Assembly: GCA_034439735.1 (NCBI GenBank) | Contig: JAWXAX010000167.1 | Location: forward strand, 1-62,732 | Source of the DNA: Rhodothermales bacterium | Lineage (GTDB): Bacteria; Bacteroidota; Rhodothermia; Rhodothermales; JAHQVL01 | Direction of reading: 5' to 3' | Length of the DNA: 62,732 bases | Part shown: positions 26,670 through 36,911 of the stretch, one piece after another | Layout: the number at the start of each line of letters is the position of its first letter | How positions within the stretch are numbered: position 1 is the first letter of the stretch | Notes under the pieces: model-generated | The model's input: only the letters and a program-made list of their open reading frames with translations | Database searches by the model: none | What the model was told of the DNA's origin: nothing | Made by a program: the position numbers and the translations under genes

Positions 26670-28070
26670 ATGAGCATCAACCAGCTAATCGAGCTCACGC
26701 GGAGGTCCTTCCGCACGACCAGCGCCGTCATCAACACGATCGGCCAGAATATCGCCAACGAGAACACCGAAGGCTTCTCGCGCCGGCGTGTGACGCTCGA
26801 ATCGGCGTCAAGCGCGAGCGCGGGCGTGCAGATTTACACCCCGATGGGGTCCGCGACGGGCATCGGCGTTTCGATCAACGACATCGACCGGGTGCGGGAC
26901 CAGGTGCTGGCCGCGGCGACCTGGGAGGCGAACGCCGGCCTCGGAGCGTCCGATGAAGAAGCGCGCATCATGAGCGCGCTCGAGAACCTCTTCCCCATCA
27001 ACAGCGACGCGTCCCTGTCGAACCTGCTCAACAACTTCTGGAACGGGTGGAGCGATGTCGCCGACACGCCGACCAACCTGTCGGCCCGCGTTTCCCTTCA
27101 GAACCGCGCCGAGAGCCTCGCGCTGGCGATGAATCGGATCTCGACCGACATCGACCGCCTCCAGGACGATAGCATCGTAGAGCTCGCTCAGACGGTTGAG
27201 GACTTCAACACCCGGCTCGACGAGCTGGCCCGGCTCAACCAGCGCATTGCGAGCGGGCGGGCGGGCAACGCGCCCGACCTGGCCGGCGAGGACCGGCGCG
27301 ACCAGCTCATCAAAGAGATGTCCGAGATGGCGCCCCTGCAGGTTCGGGTGGACGACCAGCATATGTATAACGTCACGATCCAGGGCATGGTCGTGCTCCA
27401 GGGGGATACCGTCGAACACCTCGAGCTGGACACCTCCGGCGTGCTGCCGACCCTCTCGTACGAGACCACCGGGATCTCCTTTAACCCGACGCCCGGCGAT
27501 GACGGCCGGCTCGGCGCCCTCATGCGCGCTCTGACCGTCGCCTACCCGGATGCGCGCCAGGAGCTGGACGATCTCGCGGCCGCGCTGGTGGACCGGATCA
27601 ACACCCTTCATTCCGGGGGCTTCGGCATCAACGGGAGCACAGGCCTCAACTTCTTTGACCCGGCCGGCGTAACGGCCGGCTCGATCGCGCTTTCCGCCGA
27701 CATCGACGACCCCCGCGCCATCGCCGCCTCCGATGACCCCGACCCGACTGTCCAGAGCGATAACGACGTCGCTCTGGCCATCCTGGCCGAACGGCTCGTC
27801 GATCAGGCTGGCCTCGGCAACCAGACCTTCGAAAACCATGCGGTTAACTTGACCAGCGGCATCGGCGCGCAGGTGGAGCGCGCAAACGATCAGTACGAGG
27901 GGCATCTGGCCGTCGTGAACTATCTCGGCGCACTCGAACGCGGCGTGTCCGCCGTGTCGATCAACGATGAGCTTGCCAATCTCATTCTCTATCAGCAGAC
28001 CTTCGCCGCCGCCGCCCGCGTCCTGGGCACCGCGCAGACGATGATGGATACACTGCTGGCCCTGCCATGA
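26670..28070 (+). CDS. flgK: Hook-associated protein FlgK
   Basis: IGQNIANENTEGFSRR, DRRDQL, VSINDELANLILYQQTFAAAARV. Confidence 0.93.
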   Translation: MSINQLIELTRRSFRTTSAVINTIGQNIANENTEGFSRRRVTLESASSASAGVQIYTPMGSATGIGVSINDIDRVRDQVLAAATWEANAGLGASDEEARIMSALENLFPINSDASLSNLLNNFWNGWSDVADTPTNLSARVSLQNRAESLALAMNRISTDIDRLQDDSIVELAQTVEDFNTRLDELARLNQRIASGRAGNAPDLAGEDRRDQLIKEMSEMAPLQVRVDDQHMYNVTIQGMVVLQGDTVEHLELDTSGVLPTLSYETTGISFNPTPGDDGRLGALMRALTVAYPDARQELDDLAAALVDRINTLHSGGFGINGSTGLNFFDPAGVTAGSIALSADIDDPRAIAASDDPDPTVQSDNDVALAILAERLVDQAGLGNQTFENHAVNLTSGIGAQVERANDQYEGHLAVVNYLGALERGVSAVSINDELANLILYQQTFAAAARVLGTAQTMMDTLLALP

Positions 28071-28125
28071 CGTATCTCCGCGGCACATTACCCTCTGCAT
28101 TCTAAACCCTGAATCCCAACGCATC

Positions 28126-29073
28126 ATGAGTATGGAATCCAGCGCCGTATCGCGCGCCATGAGCCTTTCGACGGTCGCCTTCCAGGGCAACCTGCTCAAC
28201 AAGCAGCGCAACCTGGCGATCGCGCAGGAGCAGCTCACCTCGGGCCTCCGGATCAACCGCGCATCCGACGACGCCGCTGGCTACGCCCGGGCCCGGCAGT
28301 ACGAGCAGTTGCAGAACCGCTACGACCAGTACGAGCGCTCGATGGGGGTGGCCCGGAGCTGGGTCGACCAAACGAGCGACAACCTGGAGGGGCTGGCCAA
28401 TCTGTTCGCCGAGGCCTACGAAAGCAGTGTCCGCGCCACGAATGAGTCACTCGACGATGGAGAGCGCGACACGATCGCCTCGCTGGTGGACACCCTGATG
28501 GGAAGCACGATCGACCTACTGAACGAGCAGATCGACGACGAGTACCTCTACGCCGGCACCCGCTCCACCGTCAAGCCCTTCGCCATCGACGCGACCGATC
28601 CTACGGCCGACACGGCCGGCGTCGTGTATTACGGAAACGACCAGCCACGCCCGCGGGCGATCGGGCCGGACGTCACGATGGACGTCGCGGTGAGCGGGGA
28701 CCAGGTGGTCAATGTCGATCGGGACGGCGACGGGGTCACCGACTTCACGATCACCGAGGCCCTTCAGAACCTGGCCGATGCCCTGCGCTCGAACGACACC
28801 GAGGCCATCGCCAGCAGCGTCGGCAAGATCCAGGGAGCGCTGGACCACCTGGTGGAACTGACCTCCGAGATTGGCACCCGGGGTAATAAACTGACCCTGG
28901 CCGAGGATCAGCTGCTGGACGCCGGCACGACCATCGCCCAGCACCGGTCGCGTATCGAGGACGCCGACTTCGCCGAGACGATCATCGCCCTTCAGAAGAC
29001 CCAGGCCGACCTCGAGAATTCGCTCCAGATCGCCGGCCGCATCCTCAGCGTCTCGCTGCTTAATTACATTTAG
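28126..29073 (+). CDS. flgL: Hook-associated protein FlgL
   Basis: LTSGLRINRASDD, YLYAGTRS, IEDADFAE, SLLNYI. Confidence 0.9.
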   Translation: MSMESSAVSRAMSLSTVAFQGNLLNKQRNLAIAQEQLTSGLRINRASDDAAGYARARQYEQLQNRYDQYERSMGVARSWVDQTSDNLEGLANLFAEAYESSVRATNESLDDGERDTIASLVDTLMGSTIDLLNEQIDDEYLYAGTRSTVKPFAIDATDPTADTAGVVYYGNDQPRPRAIGPDVTMDVAVSGDQVVNVDRDGDGVTDFTITEALQNLADALRSNDTEAIASSVGKIQGALDHLVELTSEIGTRGNKLTLAEDQLLDAGTTIAQHRSRIEDADFAETIIALQKTQADLENSLQIAGRILSVSLLNYI

Positions 29074-29184
29074 CGGCTCTTCCATGATTGGTTACGCGAA
29101 AGGGTCGTGGCTCCAGGAGCTCGTCATCTTATCACATCCAGGAACCTGACACCTGTAACCCGTAACCTGTAACCCATTACTCAC

Positions 29185-30036
29185 ATGCGCTCCGCCTCCT
29201 CCCTCTCTACCGGCCCATCCTTTTTGTCGGCCTACCGGCTTCCGGTTCTGACGCTTCCCGAGACGACCCGGCTGCCGGATATCGCGCCGGACGTCCTGCC
29301 GGCGGTGATGCACAAGGACGCCGACCCTCGCAATATCTCGCTGCGGATGATTCTCGGGGACAAGCTCCCGTTGCCAGACCAGGATCAAGCCGCTATGCAT
29401 GCCGCTCTCGCCGCGTCGTTCCTACAGGCTGGCGACCTGAAGAAGGCGCGCCGCCACGCCGAGCAGTCGGTTGCGTTTTACCGCAAACAGTGGGCGGGGC
29501 ACCGGGTCCTGGTGGACGTACTCATGGCGCATAAGGGGTTTGTAGAAGCAGCCGCGGTGATCGCCGGCTTCAAGCCGCCCGCGAAACCGGCGGCGTGGGA
29601 CCGGGCGCTGCCGCTCCGAGAGTGGAATTTATGCGCGGCGGCCTGCGCGTGGCGGCTCAAGGCGTGGGACACCGTCGCCGAACGGTTGGCCGAGGCGTTC
29701 CCGGAGGGGCTCGCATCGATGCCGGCCGCCCTCCTGGAGGACTATTTCCGGCTCACACTCTACCGCAACCAGCCCGACGAAGCCGGCCGCGTCGCCGCGA
29801 CGCTCATGACCACCAACACACTCGAATTCAATGACGAATTACTCCAGACCCTGGTGCAGCAGGGGTGGACGCAGCAGGCGCTCCCCCTCTACCGCTCCGC
29901 CTTCACCAAGGACCCCCGGAACCAGTTGCTCCGCCGGCGCCTTGTGGCGCTGTGTATTCGCGAAGGCAACATCGAGGAAGCGCGCCGGCTGACGGCGCCT
30001 GGCGCCCTGGATATGAACGCCCGCGCGAGCTCCTGA
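29185..30036 (+). CDS. TPR-like hypothetical protein
   Basis: All-helical 283 aa ORF with DPRNQLLRRRLVALCIREGNIEEARR. Confidence 0.65.
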   Translation: MRSASSLSTGPSFLSAYRLPVLTLPETTRLPDIAPDVLPAVMHKDADPRNISLRMILGDKLPLPDQDQAAMHAALAASFLQAGDLKKARRHAEQSVAFYRKQWAGHRVLVDVLMAHKGFVEAAAVIAGFKPPAKPAAWDRALPLREWNLCAAACAWRLKAWDTVAERLAEAFPEGLASMPAALLEDYFRLTLYRNQPDEAGRVAATLMTTNTLEFNDELLQTLVQQGWTQQALPLYRSAFTKDPRNQLLRRRLVALCIREGNIEEARRLTAPGALDMNARASS

Positions 30037-30055
30037 TTCCTTACGACTCGTTACG

Positions 30056-30088
30056 AAAGCCGGCGCAGCCCCCTGTGCCGGCTTTTTT
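30056..30088 (+). terminator. Intrinsic terminator of the flgF operon
   Basis: AAAGCCGGCGCAG-ccc-CTGTGCCGGC-TTTTTT. Confidence 0.75.
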
Positions 30089-30183
30089 GCGTTCCCCCGC
30101 GATTCTCCTCAAAACGCTCAACGCCCAAACGTGCAACGCATCAACGCCGATCCATCTACACAATCATTTTTGTAAGCATCGCC

Positions 30184-30210
30184 TTAAGGCAGGACAGGGC
30201 ACGACGATAC
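30184..30210 (+). promoter_or_regulatory. Sigma28-type promoter of flagellin 1
   Basis: TTAA-N15-GACGATAC. Confidence 0.65.
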
Positions 30211-30270
30211 AATTTTCAGAATGATCTTTCACGCCAGAACCGAACCATTCACAAACCAAACAACACGACC

Positions 30271-31104
30271 ATGGGAGCATTTGGAGATCTGTCTCGCATT
30301 AATACCAACGTCCAATCGATGGGCGCTTTGAATCAGTTGTACCGCACGAACATGAACCTCGGCATGCGGCAGTTTCGGCTGGCCAGCGGCAGCAGGATCA
30401 ACCAGGCGGAGGACGATTCAGCCGGTTACTCTATCTCGCAGAAGCTGGGAGCCCGGCTTCGCGGTCAGGCTCAGGCCCTCTCGAACATCGGCGACGCCAA
30501 AAGCATGTTGACGGTGGCCGAGGGCGCTTTGAACACCATCATGGACATCCTCGCCACGATGAAAGAGAAGGTGATCCAGGGCGGCAACGACACACTGGGC
30601 AGCGAAGAACGCTCCCTCGTGAAGTCCCAGTTGAACAGCCTTTCCACGGAGATCAACTCCGTGATCAGCAGCGCGCTGTTCCTGAGCCGCGGCATCTTTT
30701 CGTCGACCGCACTTAGCTTTATGGTCGGCCCGTCCAGCAATCACCTGTTCCAGGTGGCCGTAGGCGCCATATCGGCCGGCGGACTGGGCGTAGGCTCGGC
30801 CAACCTCGCGGTGGCATCGGCCCAATCGGCGGCGGCGTCGTTGGGCGGAATTGACCGTAGCATTTCTACCATTGCGAGCATCATGGCCGGCCTGGGTAAC
30901 TCCCAACTGGCGCTGAGCTATAAGCAAGATAACCTTTCCACCTCGATCATCACCAACGAGTCGGCCAAGAGTCGTATCTCCGACGCCGACTTTGCCAAGG
31001 AGCAAATGGAGATCGCCAAGCTGCAGATTCTGCAGCAGACGGGGCTCAACGCGCTGGTTAACGCCAACGTAGCGCCCCAGTCGATCCTTGCGTTACTCCA
31101 GTAG
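30271..31104 (+). CDS. fliC: Flagellin 1 (minimal, 277 aa)
   Basis: RINTN, RLASGSRINQAEDDSAG, AEGAL, SRISDADFAKE, ILQQTG. Confidence 0.95.
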   Translation: MGAFGDLSRINTNVQSMGALNQLYRTNMNLGMRQFRLASGSRINQAEDDSAGYSISQKLGARLRGQAQALSNIGDAKSMLTVAEGALNTIMDILATMKEKVIQGGNDTLGSEERSLVKSQLNSLSTEINSVISSALFLSRGIFSSTALSFMVGPSSNHLFQVAVGAISAGGLGVGSANLAVASAQSAAASLGGIDRSISTIASIMAGLGNSQLALSYKQDNLSTSIITNESAKSRISDADFAKEQMEIAKLQILQQTGLNALVNANVAPQSILALLQ

Positions 31105-31315
31105 GCGGATGAAACGAGGAAGGCGGCCTTCGGGCCGCCAACCTGAAATCACCCCCGAGGACCCGTTCCCGCCGCCGATCCCTCTCTCGCAAACGGAGGC
31201 CGGCACGCGGGGACACAAGGACCCAATAACAAAGTGAGTCCGGGGCGGTGCTCGCACCACCACCCCGAACCCCACTCACTCCTAGCCAATAACCAACACA
31301 AACGGAGGAAGGAAC

Positions 31316-32143
31316 ATGGCATTCGGAGATTTAACTCGCATTAACACCAACATTCAATCGATGCAATCGCTCTTCGAGCTGCAGAAATCGAATTCCGAAC
31401 TTGGAATGCGACAGCTGCGACTCGCAACGGGCACCCGCATCAACAGCGCCGAACAGGACTCGGCCGGATTCTCGATCGGCACGAAGCTCGAATCGCGTGT
31501 CCGCGGTCAGGCGCAGGCGCTGGCGAATATTGGTGATGCGAAAAGTATGTTGACAATTGCCGAAGGCAGCCTGGGCACCATTCAGGAAATCCTGATGACC
31601 ATGAAGGAAAAGGTGATCCAGGGCGCCAACGACACGGTCGGTAGTTTCGAGCGAACGCTGATCAACAATCAGCTCAAGGCGCTCTCGACTGAAATCAACT
31701 CGATTATCAGTACTTCGACGTTCAACGGCGTGTCCGTATTCACCGCCGGCACCTTCTCTTTCCAGGTCGGCGCCAGCAGCTCGGATACGTTCGCTGTGAC
31801 AGTTGGAGCTATTTCGGCCGGCGCGCTCGGTGTATCGTCCACCTCGTTGAACGTATCGTCCGCAGCATCCGCGACGGGATCGCTCTCCGGAATCGATAAC
31901 GCCATCGATTCCATCGCCAGCACACTGGGCAGCCTGGGTGACAACCAGTTGGCGCTCTCCTTCAAGGAGGAGAACCTCAACATCAACATGATCAACCAGG
32001 AATCGGCCCGCAGCCGGATCATGGACGCCGACTTCGCCAAAGAACAGATCGAGATCGTGAAGCTGCAGATCCTGCAGCAGACCGGTATCGCCGCTGTCTC
32101 GCAGGCGAACACGGGTCCGCAGATCGTGCTGTCCCTGCTCTAG
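31316..32143 (+). CDS. fliC: Flagellin 2 (minimal, 275 aa)
   Basis: RLATGTRINSAEQDSAG, STFNG, FQVGA, SRIMDADFAKE; strong GGAGG RBS. Confidence 0.95.
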   Translation: MAFGDLTRINTNIQSMQSLFELQKSNSELGMRQLRLATGTRINSAEQDSAGFSIGTKLESRVRGQAQALANIGDAKSMLTIAEGSLGTIQEILMTMKEKVIQGANDTVGSFERTLINNQLKALSTEINSIISTSTFNGVSVFTAGTFSFQVGASSSDTFAVTVGAISAGALGVSSTSLNVSSAASATGSLSGIDNAIDSIASTLGSLGDNQLALSFKEENLNINMINQESARSRIMDADFAKEQIEIVKLQILQQTGIAAVSQANTGPQIVLSLL

Positions 32144-32215
32144 GGGTTTAAACCCAGAAACGGGACGGTTCTGGCAAGCATGCTCCCGTGGGTCGGCAGA
32201 CCCACCGGTCTGCCG

Positions 32216-32256
32216 AGAACACCCCTCCGAGAAATCGGGGGGGTGTTCTTTATTTT
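32216..32256. terminator. Hairpin terminator between convergent flagellin 2 and the GT2 gene
   Basis: AGAACACCCCTCCGA-GAAA-TCGGGGGGGTGTTCT followed by TTATTTT. Confidence 0.7.
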
Positions 32257-32271
32257 CAGGGGGACGCCTCA

Positions 32272-33447
32272 TCAAACACCCACGCTGGCCCGGGCGAAAG
32301 CCCCTTGCAGCGCCGTGATATAGGTTTGGACGACCTGAGGATCGTACGCCCCTTCCGCGCTCAGCGCCTCGAAGGCACGCGCCTGTTTTTCCAGCCCGAT
32401 GCCGCGGCATGCGAGGGTCAGGTGTCGCAGCAGGATGCTCGGATTGATGACAAATCGGATGTACGCACCGGTCTGTTCGCTGATCGTGTAGGACTGAAGC
32501 AGCATGAGCATGCCGTCTTCCGTCTGCCCTGCGCGGATCAGTGCGATCCCCGTCAGATAGTACCCTACCGGCTCGCGCGGATTCAGGGCCAGCATTTCGT
32601 TGCAGTGCACGAGCGTCTCGGGGTACCGCTGGAGGCGCATCTCCGTCTGGGCGCCCAGAAGCCGTGTGTAATAGGCATTCTCGGGCGTCAATTTCGAATA
32701 GTCGATGCTGCGGAATAGCCGCGCAGCCTCTTCATTTCGCCGCATGATGTAATAGATGAGGCCGAGCTGGTAGCCGTAGTAGGCGCGGTAGATGTCCGAC
32801 CGGGGATGGTCGTATTCCTGGCGGAGGAGGTCGATGCGCGTCTTGTATTTCTTGACCATCTCGGGCTCGGAGAGCGCGTAGCCGGTGTGCACGATCTCGG
32901 CGTCGAGGCGGACGATCTGCCGTCCGGTCTGCTTGGCGTGCGCGGCGATGGCCTCCATCACCTGGTTGTGGACGCTCCCCATGTACCGGATGTCCGGATG
33001 ATTCCGGAGGATCCGCTCCTGCCAGAACACATCGGCCTCGACGACATTCGCCTCGCCGAGCAGGTTCTTGACCGGCAGCAGCATGGCGGCGTAGTCGAGC
33101 AGGCCGAGGCTTTCGCGGATGCGTTTCCAGGCCGCCGGCTGCTCGATGTACTCGTCCCCATCGAGGATGAGGATGAAGTCCGACGTCGCCAGGTTCAGGC
33201 TATGGTTGCGCGCGAGGGCGAACGAGCCCGGCCACACAATCTCGTCGTATACGTCGGCATAACGACGTGCGATGGCCTGCGTACCGTCGGTCGACCCGGT
33301 ATCGACGATCACAATCTCGTCGATATGCGGGCGGGCGAACGCCAGACACTTTTCAAGCGTCTTCGACTCGTTCTTGACGATCATGCACAGGGACAGGCTC
33401 GGCGCGGCGCCGACAGAGCGTGGCATCGGGGTCTGTTGCGTCATCAT
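32272..33447 (-). CDS. GT2 + TPR glycosyltransferase (flagellin O-glycosyltransferase type)
   Basis: LSLCMIVKNE, VDTGSTDGT, FALARN, LDGDE, VHNQ, IVHTGY, then TPRs; adjacent to the flagellins. Confidence 0.88.
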   Translation of the reverse strand: MMTQQTPMPRSVGAAPSLSLCMIVKNESKTLEKCLAFARPHIDEIVIVDTGSTDGTQAIARRYADVYDEIVWPGSFALARNHSLNLATSDFILILDGDEYIEQPAAWKRIRESLGLLDYAAMLLPVKNLLGEANVVEADVFWQERILRNHPDIRYMGSVHNQVMEAIAAHAKQTGRQIVRLDAEIVHTGYALSEPEMVKKYKTRIDLLRQEYDHPRSDIYRAYYGYQLGLIYYIMRRNEEAARLFRSIDYSKLTPENAYYTRLLGAQTEMRLQRYPETLVHCNEMLALNPREPVGYYLTGIALIRAGQTEDGMLMLLQSYTISEQTGAYIRFVINPSILLRHLTLACRGIGLEKQARAFEALSAEGAYDPQVVQTYITALQGAFARASVGV

Positions 33448-33501
33448 CTATTCAGTGCTGGACGTTTCGCGTTGAACGGTTTGGCCGTTTGACTTGCTTG
33501 A

Positions 33502-34008
33502 TCAGAGCGTTGACAAACCGGCCGGCTCGTTCGAGAACTGCATGGCCTTATGATAATACTGCTCGGCAGCGCTCTCCTTCTCGAACGTTTGGCAGGCTTC
33601 GGCGGCGTAGTAGTAGACCTGGGCCGGGTCGACCTGGAAGTGGAACGGCTCGGTCCGCTCGGCCTCGCCGTCCAGCAGCTCGGCTGCGAACACCAGCATC
33701 TCAGCGCCGCTGCGGTGATGACCTTCCGCCCACAACGCCTGGCCGGCGAGGTGGTGAATGAGGGGTTCGTTTTCGGCCAGGTCCAGCGCGGCGTCCGCGT
33801 GATACATGGCCTGTTTATACCGTTCCTGCAAGATGCAGAGTTGCAGCGCCAGGACGCGCGCCGCAAGGGCATCGTCCGGCTCCACGCGTTCGATCGCCTC
33901 GTAGTCGATCCGCTCGAACAACTCGCCGGCGCGATCGAGGTCGCCGCTCTCCAGGGCGTTTTGCGCCGCGCTGAACTGTGCAAATGCTTCTTTCGAACGA
34001 TCTTCCAT
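33502..34008 (-). CDS. TPR protein
   Basis: Helical repeats, e.g. IHHLAGQALWAEG and VYYYAAEAC. Confidence 0.7.
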   Translation of the reverse strand: MEDRSKEAFAQFSAAQNALESGDLDRAGELFERIDYEAIERVEPDDALAARVLALQLCILQERYKQAMYHADAALDLAENEPLIHHLAGQALWAEGHHRSGAEMLVFAAELLDGEAERTEPFHFQVDPAQVYYYAAEACQTFEKESAAEQYYHKAMQFSNEPAGLSTL

Positions 34009-34216
34009 GGTGCTCTTTGGGCTGGTGTTATAGAGAGTACGAACCCGAGAATCGGTTGCCCGGCCGTCGAATCCTCGAGCAGCCGCCGGCGCATTCCGGG
34101 CGTTTGATGGGGCCTTGAAGCCTTAAGCGTGCCAAATTGTGATGAACCCGCCACCGAATGCCTCCTTGTCCGGGTTTTGCCATGGCCTTGAGCGCAAGAA
34201 TCGTTGCGGGCTGCAT

Positions 34217-34243
34217 TTAAGAACTTGATTTCGTATCCGATAG
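34217..34243 (+). promoter_or_regulatory. Sigma28-type promoter of fliS-fliD-fliT
   Basis: TTAA-N15-TCCGATAG. Confidence 0.6.
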
Positions 34244-34400
34244 CTTTCTAGTGCGCCTGGCAGACCGCCGCGAACTTCGGTAGAAAACGCGTTGGCGCTG
34301 GAAATTTCTTCCCCACAATCGGACCCTCCATACGGGATTTCCAGCGCGCTATCGGCGCTGCCGGCGTGTATGCGACTCATCATCCTAACGGGTACTGAAT

Positions 34401-34736
34401 ATGTACAGTAAGCACGCATCGGCTCAGTATCAGAGGCAAGATGTGTTATCGGCCTCTCCTGCACAGCTGATCGCCAAGCTTTACGACCTCGCGGTCCTCG
34501 CGTGCCACACGGGCGACCGTATCAAGCTGCGAAAAATCCTGATCGAACTGATCTCCTCCCTCAACTTCGAGGACGGGGGCGATCTGTCCGTTCGTCTCTC
34601 CCAGATCTACGAATTCTGCATGCGCGAGAGCATCTCCGGCGACCTCAACCTGGTCCATGAGATGCTCGACGACCTGCGGACGACGTGGAAACAGGGCTTC
34701 CTGGTGAATGCGACGGTGCCTCAATCCGCCGGCTGA
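34401..34736 (+). CDS. fliS: Flagellin chaperone FliS
   Basis: YQRQDVLSASPAQLIAKLYD, LISSLNFEDGGDLSVRLSQIYEF, LRTTW. Confidence 0.9.
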   Translation: MYSKHASAQYQRQDVLSASPAQLIAKLYDLAVLACHTGDRIKLRKILIELISSLNFEDGGDLSVRLSQIYEFCMRESISGDLNLVHEMLDDLRTTWKQGFLVNATVPQSAG

Positions 34737-34777
34737 AACCTTCTGCCCGATTGACCTTTCCTTGACCGCTCACCACT

Positions 34778-36262
34778 ATGCTGAACAGCTCCGCCCTTCA
34801 GGCCTTCCGCCAGTCGGATCCGTACGAGGTCCTCATCTCCAATATCATCCTGCTGGAAAGCCAGAACCGGCAAAACCTGGAAGTCGAAAAACTCGCTCGA
34901 GAAACCCAGAAAAGCGTCCTCGGCGACCTCGGCAGCCGGCTGTCCGCCCTAGACGCCATCCTCGAACGCCTGACCGACCCGATCTCACATCCCTTCGATG
35001 GCCGGTCGATCGCGCTAGACAGCACGACCGGATTTACGGCCACCACGACGGATAACGCGGCCTTCGGGTCGCATAACATACTCGTAAACCGACTGGCCTC
35101 TTCGGACACCCGGCTCTCAAGTAAACATATTGCCTCGGCTACCTCGATCGTCAACGCCCTCGGCTCGGGGAATAAGTCTTTCACGATCAGCATAGCAAAC
35201 CCGACCGAGGACGACCCGGACGCCCGCGAGTCTATCGCCATCTCGGTCAACATCACCGGCAGCACGGACGAAGAAGTCCTCACTCAGATCTCAAGCGCGA
35301 TCAACACGGCCATGCTCGGGGCCATCAACAGCGAGACCATCGACCGCGACAACCGGTCTTACTCCTCGGTCATCAAGGAGACCACCGGCACCGCGCGGCT
35401 CTCGTTACGAGCCGGCCAGACAGGATATGGGAACCGACTCGAGTTCGCGGCCGACCCGGACGGCCTTCTCGCCCAGCTCGGCATCAGCAACAATGCGCTG
35501 GCCGCGGGCGGCGTCGGCGGATTCGCGACCGTCGTGGGCACCAGCGAGGAGACTTCCGAGCTAAACTCCAAATTCGTGCTGGACGGGCTGACGATCTACC
35601 GGGATTCCAACCTGGTCACGGATGCCCTCGAAGGCGTTTCGTTCACGCTGCGCCAGGTCACGACCGACCCCAGCGGCTTTACGGTAGCGCCTGATTCTTC
35701 GGGGATTGAGCAAGAGGTGGCGGACTTCATCCAGAAGTATAACGATATCTTGAGCTACGTCAAGAGTAAAAGCCTGGTGGATGGCGAATCGGGGGCGAGG
35801 GGCACTTTTGCTGGCGACACGGCCTTCACTTCGCTCCGTTTCAACATGCGCGAGGACCTCGTGAGGCTGGTCCCCGGCCAGCCGCTCGGCAGCCCACGCC
35901 AGATCACCGACCTCGGCATCAAGGTCAATACGGATGGCTCACTGAAGCTCGAAGACGCCGATGCGCTCATCGCGGCCGTCGAGGAGGACCCGGATGCCGT
36001 GCGCTCCTTCTTCGCCGGCGACGACGGCGTAGGCACTCGCCTGGCCGCCCGGATGGACGAATACCTGGGATTCCGGGGCGTCATCAAGCAACGTGAACTC
36101 AGCACGGACGAACGCATCCGTTCCCTCAACCACGACATAGCGGACGAAGACGACCGCCTCGCGCGCCGCGAAGACCGCCTGCGCGCCGAGTTCGCGAGAC
36201 TCCAGCAAGCGCTCACCCTCTATCAGGGCCAATCAGCCAGCCTGTCGGCCTTCGGACGTTGA
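34778..36262 (+). CDS. fliD: Filament cap protein FliD
   Basis: LDGLTIYRDSNLVTDALEGVSFTL, FIQKYND, LGIKVNTDGSLKL, RLRAEFARLQ. Confidence 0.92.
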   Translation: MLNSSALQAFRQSDPYEVLISNIILLESQNRQNLEVEKLARETQKSVLGDLGSRLSALDAILERLTDPISHPFDGRSIALDSTTGFTATTTDNAAFGSHNILVNRLASSDTRLSSKHIASATSIVNALGSGNKSFTISIANPTEDDPDARESIAISVNITGSTDEEVLTQISSAINTAMLGAINSETIDRDNRSYSSVIKETTGTARLSLRAGQTGYGNRLEFAADPDGLLAQLGISNNALAAGGVGGFATVVGTSEETSELNSKFVLDGLTIYRDSNLVTDALEGVSFTLRQVTTDPSGFTVAPDSSGIEQEVADFIQKYNDILSYVKSKSLVDGESGARGTFAGDTAFTSLRFNMREDLVRLVPGQPLGSPRQITDLGIKVNTDGSLKLEDADALIAAVEEDPDAVRSFFAGDDGVGTRLAARMDEYLGFRGVIKQRELSTDERIRSLNHDIADEDDRLARREDRLRAEFARLQQALTLYQGQSASLSAFGR

Positions 36263-36263
36263 C

Positions 36264-36605
36264 ATGACGTATACCCTTCACCAGATGCTGGGGCTCGGGC
36301 AGCGTATCCTCCACGCCCTGGACAACGACGAGCTCGATACCTTCTTCCTGTTGTTCGATCAGCGCGAACACCTGCTGGAGGCGCTGGCGGAGCAAGACGC
36401 GGAGGGCGCCCTCTCGACGCCGGCCTGCCGCGCCCTCCTGCGCAAACTCGAACGCCAGGAGCAAACCATCGGCGATGCGCTTGCGGCCAAGGAACAGGAA
36501 AAGGAGCGACAGATCCACGAGCTGCAGCATCAGAAAAAAGCCCGGCGCACGTACGCCTCCCCCCGTGTGCCCCCCCAATGGCTCAACCCCGGCCTGACCG
36601 GCTAA
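36264..36605 (+). CDS. FliT-like helical chaperone
   Basis: 113 aa helical ORF directly after fliD; LFDQREHLL and ARRTY. Confidence 0.6.
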   Translation: MTYTLHQMLGLGQRILHALDNDELDTFFLLFDQREHLLEALAEQDAEGALSTPACRALLRKLERQEQTIGDALAAKEQEKERQIHELQHQKKARRTYASPRVPPQWLNPGLTG

Positions 36606-36911
36606 CGGCCTCCCCTACCGACCGCCCGCGCTCATCGATCCACACGGCGCACCACCGCGCCGGCAAAAAGAGTGGCGTCTCGCCCTGTTTCTGGCATATC
36701 TTATGTAACTATTCCCTCAGGAACGCGCCCCATGCGGGCTTTTGCTGTACCCTGAACCGGAACAGGCGTTTTTTTGAGCCCTTGGCCAGGCATGTTTTTC
36801 ATGTATGCGGCACAATTCGCCGCACGTACCGACATGCTGGCGCTTCCGGTCGACACCCGGGCCGTTATGGAACGCGATCGGGTGGGCTCGTAGTCTTAGC
36901 GACATGCCATC

